From positions 1,190,753 to 1,254,752 of the forward strand of contig MU057560.1 of the NCBI GenBank assembly GCA_013265495.1: 64,000 nucleotides of DNA, in the 5' to 3' direction. The position numbers and the translations under genes are program-made. Shown one piece after another: positions 63,861-64,000 of the stretch. Source of the DNA: Vicugna vicugna (lineage: Eukaryota). Position 1 is the stretch's first letter. Each line of letters begins with the position of its first letter. The notes under the pieces were generated by a model. The model saw only the letters and a list, made by a program, of their open reading frames with translations. It was not told where the DNA came from and searched no databases.

Positions 63861-64000
63861 GAAAACTGTATTAGGATAAAGTTTAAGAGATACAAAGGGA
63901 CTCCAACCACAAAGTCTTCCATAAAACAGGAGTTTATTTCTCATTCAACATTGCAGTTGATTCAGGTTGGCAAGGGGGCCCTTCCTCTTGGGTCAGTTAG

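Noticed and set aside
1..64000. CRISPR array, operon, tRNA/rRNA/snRNA gene or processed pseudogene
   Set aside because: No spaced short direct repeats, no gene-dense organisation and no RNA-gene or mRNA-derived sequence I could recognise. Short real exons could still be missed without alignment.

Overview
Mammalian genomic DNA, apparently non-coding (intergenic or deep intronic). The youngest LINE-1 copies resemble camelid (alpaca/camel-type) L1 sequence as I recall it, and no Alu, B1 or Bov-type SINEs are visible, so a camelid origin is a tentative inference. I can support no protein-coding exon, RNA gene or CRISPR array. The ORF track is explained by decayed L1 ORF2, simple repeats and GC-rich noise. 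The window holds young and old L1 fragments, L2/MIR remnants, MaLR (MLT1) solo LTRs, MER20/MER5/MER53 DNA elements, microsatellites, a 151-N gap and several short CpG/GC peaks. Three observations stand out. (1) A young L1 plus about 1.5 kb of nearly CpG-free DNA appears to split a MIR, which makes it a candidate L1 3' transduction. (2) A tandem duplication with a 1,985-bp period has all its visible differences in one part of the unit. (3) Some CpG-island-like peaks appear to be built on ancient repeats shifted towards GC, suggesting GC-biased gene conversion. I found no evidence for a novel multi-gene system. Repeat family names and boundaries are by-eye comparisons with remembered consensus sequences and are approximate.
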